Source: Utricularia gibba (Eukaryota; Plantae; Magnoliophyta). Taken from it: DNA of 64,000 nt. The notes beneath the pieces are model-generated. The model had not been told where the DNA came from. It did no database searches and saw nothing but the letters and a program-made list of their open reading frames with translations. Shown here in pieces: positions 16,303-29,159 of this stretch. The stretch lies in NCBI GenBank assembly GCA_002189035.1, contig CM007989.1:6510001-6574000 (forward strand). Direction: 5' to 3'. The position numbers and the translations under genes were made by a program. Position 1 is the first letter of the stretch. Each line of letters starts with the position of its first letter.

Positions 16303-18308
16303 AAAAACCCTAAACCCCAAAGGCTATCAGACAAGATATAGCACAAGCATGTTACCACAGTAGAACTTGCCGAGAGAGGAGACTGTGAAAAGCTCTTTGC
16401 CCACCATTTTCTTTGTAGCTGAACTCTCTTCTCCGAGCATTCTTCCCTGCTCCATCCAGCATCTTCATTTTTTTGCCCTGCGCAATAGATAACATACAAG
16501 TACAAGTTCAATAGCACCGTAAAACTCACCCTAAGAGGTGACTGTGAGAAGCTCTCAGTACACCATTCCCTTCGCCACCATTCTACTTTTAAATAAGGAA
16601 AAAGACCCTAAACCCTAAAGCTTGCACGCCAGAAGATGATGAGAAAGAACCAGGACGCAATAAAATAATGGGGCGTGAAGAAAAAGTTGGAGAAATAGGA
16701 AGAGTTGCAGAAATCACGGAAGAGGGATTGAGTGAAGATCTGGAGATTATCTGATTGACGAAGGATGCGTCGCTTTCTTCATGTGAAGAGGAAATCCAAC
16801 ACAATCTCACAAGGACGATACGAAGAAATACACGTCAAAGAAAGACAGGGCCTGCAAATCCGCACAATTCATTGAATTCTCCCAGAAAGAGCGACGCTGT
16901 GAATGTCAATGGTGCTCGAATTCCGGCGACCGGAACCTCTGCCGGAGATGGGGAAGGAAAAAGAGCGTAGTTGGCGGAGCATTCTACGACGGTTGCCTCT
17001 TATAGACTGTGTAAGCGAAGACACGTAATCAAGGCCCCCTTTACTGTCATACTATGTGGTGCAATGCTGTTCATGCAGAAGCGGAATTCTGGGCAGGAGT
17101 TTCAGATTAATAACATTTCAGCATTATTTTCTCAGAAATGTAATCAAAATTTAGATTTTTAAATTAAATCCAAATTTTTTCCAAATTTAGAATATTGATA
17201 TAATATTTTATGTAATGCAATAGGGTTGAAAGTGCTTCAGGAATTTTGTAGTAATTTGATTATCAGTTTTTTATTAAACCTCTTTAAATAAAAAAAAATA
17301 TATTATTAAATTCATGAATCCAAAAGTATGCATGCCAAATCTATTAGTATTTACACATATTGAATTCATTTATTAAATGTTTACCATGAGAGTGATTAAT
17401 AATGTATTTGAATTATTTGTATTTAAATATATATGTATTGGGTGATTAATTTTATAAATTTATTTTAAAAAATATTATATATATATGTAGAATAAATGAA
17501 AAAAACTCCCAAAATTAGTTTTATTAAGAAACTAAATTTGGATAAAATAGTTTTTAAAATATGATTAAAGGGTTACATAAGAATTTATTTAGTTTTGATC
17601 TTCTAGAAATATTTTTTAATAAATGATTCTGATAAAATAAAAGTTGAGTCTATTTAATTTATTAACATAATAATTTTTTCCAAAATTTTATTCTTTTTGG
17701 AATGACTGATTTTGAAATACTTTTGGATATAATTACTTAAGTTATTCGTAAATAATCAGAATTGGTAACAATTTTCTACTTCTTGGGTATTTATGATGTT
17801 TATTAAAAATTAAATTAATCAAATATTAATTTTAAGTATTTTATTTTAAATAATTCATAATGCCTATTTGTGATGCTGACACGTGCAAGAAATCTAGTAC
17901 ACATATGGCTTTTTCGTCTGAAACACTCCTTCGATCGTTGACTGAAAGAGACGCATTGATTGGATCGTGACGGGACGGGACACCATGACGGTTGACGTTG
18001 ATCTGACAATTCCCCGGCCGACGCGCAACCGGAGAAAACCGGGTCCGGGTTGGACCAACTGGGCTCGACTCTGTGATTGTGAGTAGTGTTCCTGTGGTTG
18101 AACTCGCCATGGTATTGTGCAGCGGAATGGGAAGTTTCTCCATTGCGAGTTGCTTCAGTGATCAGCTTAAAAGGTTAAGCTGATGATGCCAATGCCTCAG
18201 GCTAAATTAGCAGGAATGCAGCGGACAGAAGAAGATGTTTCATGGCAGGAATGGAACTTCTTCATCAGTTGCTGCATCCCAAGTTTGCTCTGGGAAGGAT
18301 AATTCGGG

Positions 18309-19927
18309 CTATCTCTTGTATGGTTTGAGGTGGTACTCTTGGAATTCTGAAGCGAAGGATACTGATTCTTCCTCGAGCTTCTTCTGCAACCTTCTCCAAG
18401 TTCTGAGCATATCAGCTTGAATCAAACCACGGTACAATGTCTCAAAGGTGATCTTTTGTGGGAGGAATCCCTTCTCGATCATCTCAACGAAGAACATGCA
18501 CGCCTGTTTCCATTTCCGTTTCTCACACAATCCATGGATCAGTAACGTGTAGGCATCCAGATCAGGTCCAATCCCACTTTGCTTCAAATCATCCCAAATC
18601 TCCCAAACAAGCCCCATTTTGTCTAGCTTCAAAAACATTCCTAGCAGTATACAATACGTATGCAGATCAGGTGAAAGATAGACACCCTCCTTCATTTTCC
18701 TGTACAACCTTAGTGCACTATCGATCTCCCTTCGTCCCCTGAACTGCTTAAAGAAGCAGTTGTATGTTTCAGCTGTTGGGGTGATTCCATGATGGACCAT
18801 GTCATTCAGCAACTCCTCGGCATCATCCATCCTACCACAACAACAAAGACATTTTATTGCAGATGTGTAGGTCGCCAAGCTCGGCCAAATTCCTTTCTGT
18901 TTCATCATCATCAGCTTGTCTAGGCACAGCTGGGGCTTATGTGCCCGGGTATACACATGGAGCAAAATTGAGTAACTAGTGACATCAGGTTCCAAGCCCC
19001 GCTCACGCATTTCATCGAATACCATCTCCGCTTCCCTGATCACCCCGTCCAATCGACTATCGCAGTGGAGCTTAGCATGCCTGCAAATCCCATTCAACAG
19101 TACATTGTAGGTGACAACGTTTGCCTCGATCCCCCTCTCCAACATCTCCCCCAGGAACTTCTTTCCCATATCAGATTTCCCAACTTTGCACCATCCATAT
19201 ATCAGAATGGTGTACAACTTGGCATCCGCGTCCAATCTGTATTTCTCCTTGTTGAAAATCTCTACAGCAACTTTCACATACCCATACTTGCACAGAGTGT
19301 CCATCAGATAGCGGAATAGGAAACTAAACTGTGACTCGAACGCTTCATTACCAAGGATAACGCCGATGTCATAAAAGGCACGAATTGCAGTTCTGGTCAA
19401 CCCTGCGGCGACCAATCTTCTGATAAGCACAAAGAAAGTAGTGAAATCGGGCTTCGATTCATCGCCCTGGTTGTCCATCTGGAAAATCAGTTGCCACGCC
19501 GCGTCAAATTGTTGAACCCTACCTAAAATGTCGATCAGTATATTGTAAGCAGCAGTGTCCACAATCGCAGCAGAAGAGAGATGGCCATCACCCTGAGCGT
19601 ACTTGAAGAAGGCGAGTGCAATCTTCGAATGGTGACCCAGCCGGAGAAGGGTTTGTTGGATCAGAGAGGGGAAAGGCTGATACCTTGGATTTGTAGGGAA
19701 GATTCCATATGGTGAAACGGATTGTGGTGGCGGATTAGGAGTTGAGAAAGAGCGTCCGCTTCTGGTGATGGTTGGATGGGCCGAAGAGATGGTTTCGCCA
19801 TTACATCGCACGCTGGCGTATATGGGTCGCGTTCATCGGAATCGTGATGTGAGCGGAAGAACCTTAGGCGGGGTGCGGCCATCGCCGCCGTCAGACGAGG
19901 GCTGCGAAAGGGGATTAACGCCGGCAT
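18309..19927 (-). CDS. P-type pentatricopeptide repeat protein, probably mitochondrial (At2g13420-like), intronless, with apparent 1-nt deletion at 19668-19671
   Basis: The N-terminal ORF from ATG 19927 (...HHNPFHHMESSLQIQGISLSP) joins the PPR-repeat ORF (LIQQTLLRL...YNILIDILGRV...YNVLLNGIC...PYKR*) after +1 nt. The span of 1619 nt becomes 1620 nt, or 539 aa. Confidence 0.92.
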
Positions 19928-20092
19928 CCGCTTGCTTGTTGAACAGTGTCATTTACTTTCATTAGTTTATCGGAGAATTAAAATCCAAAATATTTTTTTA
20001 ATATTTTAAATATTTTAAAAACATTTTTATTCTTGAAGATAGCAAAATCGTATGCTATCACTCATTAAACGGCGAAGTTTGACTATGGTGAC

Positions 20093-20429
20093 TCAAGTTA
20101 CAGTTATTACAAATAATCTAATCTTCAAGTTTCAAAATTATATTATAGTTACTTCAATTTATATTTTTTGTGAATAGTTTGATTCTAACTTATGAAATTA
20201 CATATTTAATCTTTGATACAATTATTTTGATTTTTTTATATATTTAACCTCTTATTTTAAATTTATCATTTCTGGTTATTCGTTGTATACTTAATCTCTC
20301 ATATTTGATTTACTTTATAAAAATTTTAAAAATTATTTGAATTTTCATTAAACAGTTTTGAGAACTTGAAATGTTTTTTTGTAATTTTGAAACTTTAAGA
20401 TTAGCCTCTTTATACTAACTGAAACTTGA
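20093..20429. mobile_element. Degenerate MITE-like inverted-repeat element
   Basis: ctaatcttcaagtttcaaaatta (20118-20140) is the reverse complement of taattttgaaactttaagattag (20382-20404), with weaker outward extension. AT-rich interior, no clear TSD. Confidence 0.45.
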
Positions 20430-20712
20430 TCTGTTATTTTTGTAATTTTATTCTCATTAAATCTCAAAGATTGGATTAAGAATATAAAGTTATTCTTATG
20501 CTGGGCGTCATGAGCATGGAGCTACTTTGGCATGTCCGGTGACTAACCGAGGAATTGCACGAAACTGGCCCTGTGTATCAAGTCATTCCTGGACTGGGGT
20601 AGCTATTGAGAGACTGGGAAGTGGGGGCTTCGAGCATCTCAAAGCATTCAAGAAAACAGATACAGCCAGTTATTTACATCACAAGATGGTCTTCCTGATC
20701 ACAGCCTACCGC

Positions 20713-21709
20713 TTAGTATCCTCCCTGAATGAATGCATTCAGGCGGTTCAGCTCATCCCGATGCTCTCTCACCACCGCACGTACAACATCGCCGATGGAG
20801 ACCATACCAATCATCCCGCTTGCATCGATCACAGGTATGTGCCTGATGCGGTTATCTGCAGATTAATTTACAGTATCAGGGCCAGAGCTGACAAACATGA
20901 AATGCACTTGTGGAGAGCAGAATTGCTCAGGGGCAGCAGCACCTGTCATGAGTTGCATTGCCTTCAGAACCTTGGTATCTGGTGATACAGTGATCAGCTT
21001 GTTCTGCAGTTGTTGATGGAGATCCCATCAAAGGATTCTCAGTCATTTTCAGGAAGACGACTACACAACAGTATGCTACCTACCTCTTCAGTCATGATGT
21101 CTCCAACTTTTGTGACCTTAGATGACCTCCCTTGTACAATGATCTTCCTGAGATAATCTGTAACAAAAAGTGTCATAATTTCATAGCATAAAGGGATGGC
21201 TAGAAGTTATCATAAAATACAGACTGATCTGATTCAAGGATGAAATGAGAAAAAAACAAACCTCTCTCAGTGATAATCCCAGCAATTGTCTTCTGCTCCC
21301 CAGGCTTAACAACCACAAGAGCACCGACGTTGTGCTGTGTCATCTGCAACACGAGAATGCAGCCATCCTCATTGTTAGCAGAGGCGCAGAAAAAAACTTT
21401 ATGGCTTGAAACTCAAAAGGAGTTCATATTGCAGGGAAGGATCCTTACAGACTTCACAGCATCATAAACAGTGTCATTTGTTGTGCACCAAAGCCAAGAG
21501 CCATCAGCATTTTTCCCTTTGTCTTTCAAAACATCAGATATCTTAGTGCTTTCAAAGCCATGCTCCTCGATCCTCGCCGCAGTGGAAGTAGATTCTTGGC
21601 GAGCAAAAAGAGAACGAGTAGCAGCAGCTGCAGGAGTCAGACGGATATGGCGCAAAATGGCATTCTTGACAACACTCGCATTAGAGAAAAGGGCTTGAAC
21701 TCCTTGCAT
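20713..21709 (-). CDS. CBSX3: CBS domain-containing protein CBSX3, mitochondrial
   Basis: Five exons give MQGVQALFS...HGFESTKISDVLKDKGKNADGSWLWCTTNDTVYDAVKSMTQHNVGALVVVKPG...DYLRKIIVQGRSSK...RIRHIPVID...RLNAFIQGGY*. Probable 5'-UTR exon near 22380-22450. Confidence 0.95.
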
Positions 21710-22720
21710 CTTGTCTGTAAATGAAAGAAAACATCAGGGGCTTGTCAAGATATCACCGAATATCAGTTGAACAATATGCTTACACCAGAGCCCCTTACAA
21801 AAACGTCAGCATGGATATGTAACCCGACATGGGAGAACAGCGATATTTAATCAGCACCGAGATCTCTAAGATCGTTAAAAGCAAACTGAAATTTGGAGTC
21901 AGAGACGCAGAATTTCGAAAAACTTGAAGAAAGAAATCCGTGTAACAAAGTATCCCTTCCGCATCAAGGGAGCAGAAGAGGCAACAACCCATGTAAAAAT
22001 CCATACACATCGCCTAAACGCTAGGACGATATCGACTTCCAAGAATCATATTGACCTGAACTTCTCCACAAACACTTTTTTTTCCGTTCTCCATTTCCCA
22101 AAGAGGGCACCAGGAATCTTTCGCTTACTCAAAAAAATCAAGTATTTGCAACAACAAAATTGAAGAGAGAGTGAGCTTAACCTCCACCGGTTTCAGCAGA
22201 GCACCATCAACTGAATCAGTGATCCTACCTCTTCTACTCGAGCATTTATATAAGGACACACGTACACCAGAATAGGAAATCTGGGCCTCAACAGAGAAAA
22301 TAACATCAGACCCACAAATGAATTCCCCCTGGTTTTGGATAAGCATCCACGTACGAAAGATGCATTATCGATAAACAAACAAAAACTAAAACTTTTTCTT
22401 TTCTTTTTTTTTTTCTCCGACGAGGGGAAGAGTAAAGAAGACCGGCCGCCATTGGTGGTGTTTTGCTTTCAGGTAAAATAATTTACCAAATTATGTTCAA
22501 TTGCATTAAAAGCATTTATTTTTATATAAATAATGGAAATGAATGAACATGCAAGAAATTCATCTTCAATTAATTTAAAAAATGAATATAATAGAACAAT
22601 AGAATATAATAAAAAATTAATTATATATTTACATTAATAATGAAAATTATTAAAAAATAGTATTAAATTATTTAGAAAATAAATATATAAAACTAACACT
22701 TCACCCTCAAGGCTACAAGG

Positions 22721-25700
22721 TGTAACCCTACACGATCCCAAACCTCATAACCAACATGGTAACACACAAGAGAGTTCATTTGAGGAAATATAGCAAGGTT
22801 TGGCCGAAAATCATTATAAGTATATACAACCTAAGTAGTTTACAACACACTTCACAAGTGAAGTATCTTTCCATCACAAGTATCAAAATGTCTAGTCACC
22901 TAACAACCATTGGGGAGGCACTCCCCACACATAGTTACGTCAATAACATAACACAATCCTAACAACTAGGGAAGGCACTTCTCGTGTCATTAGCGCTACA
23001 AGCGCTTGCTCAAAAACATGACTCTCGGCCACCCCAAGTCTCGCTATCCCATCGGCGCACCCTCCTCGGCCACCCAGCGGTAGACCCGGTGTTTGGACCT
23101 ACACACAAGAACATGTAAGGCGTTAGTTTTGTGGTAGGAGGAACATCATTCCTCATCTCAACCCCATCTCAGTCGTCACTCGTGTTCCCCTGCTCAAAGG
23201 CTCACGGCTTCCATCCCGCGGCTCTCCCGTATTGCCGGCAGACCACGTTCCCGACTGTGGGAAAGGCCCACATCGCCCCTACTCATATGAGCTCAGGCTT
23301 CCACGATCTCGGACAGACCCGAGTTGCCGCCGATGTTCGATCTTCACCGGCCCTGCCCGAAGGCTCCATTTGCTCGCCTAAACTGACGTTCAAGGTTAAA
23401 CCCCTTACCTTCGCCGCCTCCGATGACTCTTGCGCACTCCGCGTCTGTTTCTGCCCTGTTTGTGCCATCGTTCCTCACAGGTTGCGATTGATCTCCTCTC
23501 TCGGACATGTGGTCGAGCCCTAATTTCATCCCCAATTCAATTTAATGGGTTAATTCTTGAGGCGGGTCATGCGTGGAGACTATCCCTGCCCACGTCCCTG
23601 CCCAGCTGACTGACTCCCTTCCCCTCCTGCCATGTGCCTTGCATGCCTCCCACGCAGGTGGTGGTGAATGGTGCTAAGCCCACCGATTTCTTCCCACGCC
23701 GTGGTCACTATATCGCTTAGCCACACCTCTCACCCTCTCCTGTCGCAGTTGACATACGTTCAGCTCGTAGCAAGGGTTACCAAGACTCTTTCCACACTGT
23801 TCTAGCTCCCAGTCATTACATTACCCTCCCCCTCTTTTAGAAGGTTTCATCCCGAAACCGTACCTTTAAAGAGTTCAGGATGTTGTTGCCACATCTGTGT
23901 TTCCGTCTCCCACGTGGCATCCTCTAGTCCTAGGTTCACCCACTGTATCTTTAGCCATGTAATTGGCTTTCCTTGCTGCGTAGTGATCTTTCTTCCCAAA
24001 ATTTTCATTGGCCTCACCCTATAAGTGAGGTTGTCCCCTACATTAAACTCATCATTCCTAACTTCTCTTTCCGGATCTAGGATTTGTTTATGTAGTTGGG
24101 AGACGTGAAAAACATTGTGCATCCATGTGAACCTTGGTGGAAGTGCAAGTCAATATGCTACCATTCCTATTTTCTGCACGACCCGGTATGGGTCTATGAA
24201 CTAGGGTCCCAATTTGCCAAACTTCGGGCTCCTGGTTAATCCTCGTTAGGGTGACAACCGCAAATATACTGTTTCTCCTACTTCATATTGTAAGGGTCTC
24301 CGCTCTTGGTCTGCCCAGCTCTTTTGGCGGTCATGCACCACCTTCAGTCTCTCCCGAATGACTTTTACTTGTTCTCCATCTCTTCGATTTGCTCATGGTC
24401 GGCCAATGCCCGCTCGCCTACCTCGTCCCAATGCAGCAGGATCCTGCACTTGCGTCCGTACAACACTTCGTATGGTGACATCCTCAAGCTCGCTTGGTGA
24501 CTATTGTTGTACGCAAATTCCGCCAGAAAGACATTCTCATCCCAATATCCCGGAAATTCTACGGTGCTCGCCCGCAATAGGTCCTTTAAGGTCTGGATTG
24601 TGCGTTCCGATTGACCATCTGTTTGAGGGTGCATTGCAGTGCTCATAGTCAGTTTGCTCCCCATCGCCTTTTGCAGTGCTTGCCACAACCGAGACATGAA
24701 TCCAACATGTCTATTCGATACTATGCTTGTGGATACTCCGTGTAGCCTCACTACTTATGCGATGTACACTCGGGCTACCCTCACGATGCTCCATTTCGAG
24801 AGAATTAGGATGAAATGGGCGCTCTTCATCAGCCTGTCCACTACCACCCAAATAGCCTCATGTCCAGACCTTGTCCTTGGCAAGCCTATATCACGAAGTC
24901 CATTGCTATCTGTTCTCATTTCCACTCTAGTATCTCCAATGGTTGCAAGAGTCCACCGGGTCGTTGGTGCTCCGCTTTGATTCATTGACATACTTGGCAG
25001 CGACTCACAATATCTTTTTTCATTCCTGGCTACCAGTATGTGCCCCGAATGTCTATGTACATCTTTGTTCCCTTAGGGTGCATCCCGTATCTTGCTTCAT
25101 GAGCTTCTCGCAATATCAACTTTCTTAGTTGCTCTTCTAGTACCCATATCCTTCCATGTGCCATGATTAGGCCATCTACTTGTCTCGAAAAAGGGTCATG
25201 TCCGGCGCATGCCTTATCATAGATGTGGTGCTCTTTAGTGGCCTCTTGTGATCGTAAAATTCTCTCAAGTAGGCTAGGTTCCATTTAGACTATCGTCTGA
25301 ATCTCTCCTCTCCCCACTACTTCCAATCTCATTCTCTCTATATCTATCATCCTCTCTCAGGCTCCTGCCTAGGCCGTCTGGCACTATGTTCGCCTTGCCA
25401 AGGTGATAATTTACCCCTAAATCATAGTCCTTGAATAGCTCAAGCCACCTACACTTTCTCATGTTTAGCTCCTTCTATGTGAACACGTACTTCAAATTCT
25501 AATGGTCCGTATATAGTTCGCACCGTACACCGTACAAGTAATGTCACCATATCTTTAATGCAAAAATCATCATCACCATCTCAAGGTCATGGACCAGGTA
25601 GTTCCTCTCATGGTCTTTCAGTTGCCTAAATGCGTAGGCAATTACTTGTCATTCCTGCATCAATATGGCCCCCAACCCTTTCCCACTAGCGTCGGTGTAC

Positions 25701-28700
25701 ACTTCGTAATCCTTTCTAGCCTGTGATAGTGCCAAGACTGGTGCTTGTGTCAAGGCCCTCTTTAGCCAATCAAAGCTGCCTTGGCACTCTGTCCATTCGA
25801 ATGCTTGAATCTTCTTCAACACCTCCGTTAGGGGTCGTGCCTTCTCCGAGAAGGACTTAATGAATCTACGATATTATCCTGCCATTCCCAAGAAGCTTCT
25901 CACTTCACCCACATTCCTAGGTGTTGCCCATGCAGTGATGGCCTCTACCTTCTTCGGGTCTACTGCCACTCCCTGTCCAATGATAATGTGACCAAGAAAA
26001 CTGATGTTCCTTAAGAAAAATTTGCACTTGGTTGCCTTTGTATACAATTTCTTCTCCCGCAACCTTGTTAAAACCGTGCATAGGTGCTTCCAATGGCTGT
26101 CTCAATCTGACGATTAGACTAAAATATCATCAATAAAGACCACCTACGAAGTCGTCAACGAAGGGTTGGAACAACCGGTTCATTAAATCCATGAACGCCG
26201 TAGGCACGTTCGTGAGACCGAACGGTAGTACAACGAATTCATAGTGACCATATCTCGTCCTAAACGTGGTCTTTGAGATATCCTCCTCCCTAATCTTTAG
26301 TTGGTGATATCCCAAGCAAAGATCAATTTTGTAGAACACCATTGCTCCTCTCAATTGGTCAAACAAGTCATCGATCCGCGGTAGGAGAACACTATTGCTC
26401 CTTTTTCTTCATGAAGAGCACCGGTGCTCCCCAGGGCGATGCACTTGGGCGAATGAACCCTTTCTATGTCAGGCCTTCTAGTTGTATCTTTAACTCTTTC
26501 ATCTCAGCTGGTGCCATGTGGTACGGGGTTCGGGAGATCAGTTTCACATCTCCAATAAGTTCCACATGGAAGGTCACTTCTCAATCAGACATTTGTCACG
26601 GTAGTTCATCAGGGAGCACATCCTAGAATTCCCTGGTTAACTCCTTGACCTCATCCATCGGTTCCTTCTCTTTATTTTCAGTTAGAAATGCCAACAAATA
26701 ATACCGTTTTCCCTCGTCAACCTCCCCTTTGGGGTGATTCCCCATCGCTGGACTATACTCCCACTTTTGTCGCCACCGGTCCTCCAATTCGACTATCCAT
26801 TCTGCGCATCCAATCCTTGCTTGGTGTCGTCGGAGCCAATCCAAGCCTAGTATGACGTCGGAGCTCTATCAGATTAAACTCTATTTCCATTGCCCCTAGT
26901 TTCATCAGCATGTTGGTGTGCTTCTGTCTCCCATAAAGTATCCTACCCCTTGGTGTTCTAGCCTCGAATATTCGAACTAAGTCTTCACCCTTCAGTCACA
27001 CTTGTTGCACACACTCTTTAATGAAAGAGTGTGTAGCCCCAAAATTGAACAACACTATGCAATTAGTATCCAAGAGCAGGAGCGTACCTATAATCGCCTT
27101 GTCGTCCTTCTCAACCTCGGCCTTGTGTACCCCTCCTCCCACCTTTGGCTCTATAACGTTAGTCTCGATCTTTTGCTCGCTTACAGCGTATCTCTTCCCC
27201 GCACTTTGCCAATAGCCCCTAATTCGGATTCTACAAGTAGTGCTGCCCGAAGTAGCTCCTCTAAGTTCTCTGTTGCCACGGAGATGATTCGCTCCCTCAA
27301 GCAGGGTAGAAGGGTTTGCCGAAACTTAAGCGTCACCAGGCGTTTGCTGTCCATTAGTCCCGGGGCAAATCTCAGCAGTCCCTAGAAACGTGCATAGAAA
27401 TCGTAGACAGTCTTTCCGTTCTTCTATCAAATAGCCTCCAAATCCACTATCTTCTATGTCAACACTACTGCCGAATAGAATCTGTCGAGGAAACACTCCT
27501 TGAAGACTGACCAGTCAGCATCCACCCTCGTACTCACAATACTTCTCCACTAACGTGCTGCATCACCTAACAGGAAATCTATCGCAATCCTACCGCACTG
27601 CTCCTTTGGGGTATTGTGGATTCACATATTCTGCTCCAGTTCCATGAGCCATGCATCGTCCTCGTTCGAGGTCCCTCCACCGAATGTAGGCATCCTCCCC
27701 TTCTTGAGGTGTAGTAAATGCATACGCTCTTCCTCCTCAGGTGACTTCACAATCTCCATTCTGCTCGAGGAGGATCTCACCGCTGCAAGGATAGTTGCTG
27801 CTAACTTCTCCAATTCACCCTTAGTAGCAAAGTTGTCTACGTACTTAGCTGATCCCTTAGTACTCTCGTAGGTTTGTGGCATGCATCTCTCGATAGGGAA
27901 CTGCTCCCCCACACGCCGAGCTATCTCTATCTCATAAAAGTCAAACCACACTTGTTAGTTCTAACTCCACTTACTGGGCGTTCCACGGTGCCTGGGAGGT
28001 TGCAACGATGGGAAACCTGGCTCTAATGCCAGAATGTAATGCCCCACGTCCCCAAACCCCATAACGAGCATGGTAACGCTACTTTTCGGCCGTGCACAGA
28101 AGAGAGTTCATATGAGGAAATATAGCAAAGCTTGGCCAAAAATCATCATTAGTAGGTACAACCTAAGCAGTTTACAATACACTTCACAAGGGAAGGATCT
28201 TTCCATCACAAGCATCAAAACGTCTAATCACCTAGCAACAATTGGGGAGGCACTCCCCGCACATAGCTACGCCAAAAACGTAACACAATCCTAGCAACTT
28301 GGGAGGGCACTTTCAGTGTCATCAACGCTACAAGCGCTTGCTCAAAAACATGACTCTCTCCCACCCTAAGTTTCGGCTATCCCATCGGCACACCCTACTC
28401 AGCCACCTTAGCAGTAGACCCAGTGTCTGGACCTACACACGAGAACATGTAAAGTGTTAGTTTTGTGGTAAGAGGAACATCGTTCCTCATCTCAACCCCA
28501 TCTCGGTCGTCAATCAGTGTTCCCCTTCCCGAAGGCTTACGGCTTCCATCCCGCGGCTCTCCCGCATTGCCGGTAGACCGGGTTCCCGACCGTGGGAAAG
28601 GCCCGCATTGCCCCCCGCTCATACGAGATCAGGCTTCCACGACCTCGGATAGACCCGAGTTGCCACCGATGTTCGATCTTCACCGGCCCTGCCCGAAGGC

Positions 28701-29159
28701 TCCATCTGCTCGCTCGAACCAACGTTCAAGGTTAAACCCCTTACCTTCGCCGCCTCCGGTGACTCTCATGCACTCCGTATCTGTTTCCGCCCTGTTCGTG
28801 CCATCATTCCTCTCAGGTCGCGACTGATCTCCTCTCTCGGACGTGTGGTCGAGCCCTAATTTCATCCCCAATTCAATTTAGCGGGTTAATTCTTGAGGCA
28901 GGTCGCGAGTGGGTCGCAGGTGGAGATTGTCCCCTGCCCACGTCCCTGCCCAACTACCCAACTCCCTTCCCCCTCCCTTGCCACATGCCTCGCATGGGTG
29001 GTGGTGAGTGGTCTAAGCCCATCGATTTCTTCCCACGTCGTAGTCACTATATCGCTTAGCCATACTTCTCACGCCCTCCTATCGCAGTTGACACATGTTC
29101 GGCTCGTAGTAAGGGTTACCAAGACTATCTCCACACTATTCTAGCTCTCGGTCATTACA
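22721..29159 (-). mobile_element. Decayed Ty3/gypsy LTR retrotransposon, chromovirus (Tekay/Del-like)
   Basis: TG...CA LTRs at 22721-23820 and 28035-29159. PBS TGGCATTAGAGCCA (Met-type, 2 mismatches) at 28018-28031 and PPT at 23821-23838. Disrupted gag, RT ([22 protein letters not shown]), RNase H, integrase (HPQTDGQSERTIQTL) and chromodomain (KIQWVNLGLEDATWE). Flanks acaagg / ataagg. Confidence 0.95.

Noticed and set aside
16300-16620. CCCTAAACCC motifs as a possible telomerase RNA template or interstitial telomere
   Set aside because: Only 1.5 repeats each and no USE/TATA Pol III promoter nearby; ordinary telo-boxes explain them.
15839-16810. ORFs of 73-118 aa around MIR319
   Set aside because: No recognisable domains; they overlap the miRNA hairpin and leader.
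17841-18143. 100-aa minus-strand ORF downstream of the PPR gene
   Set aside because: No domain similarity, and it runs into AT-rich low-complexity DNA; treated as a chance ORF.
18291-18312. GGAAGGATAATTCGGGC resembles a motif near the 3' end of plant 7SL RNA
   Set aside because: The SRP helix 8 core and a USE promoter are absent, and it abuts the PPR stop codon.
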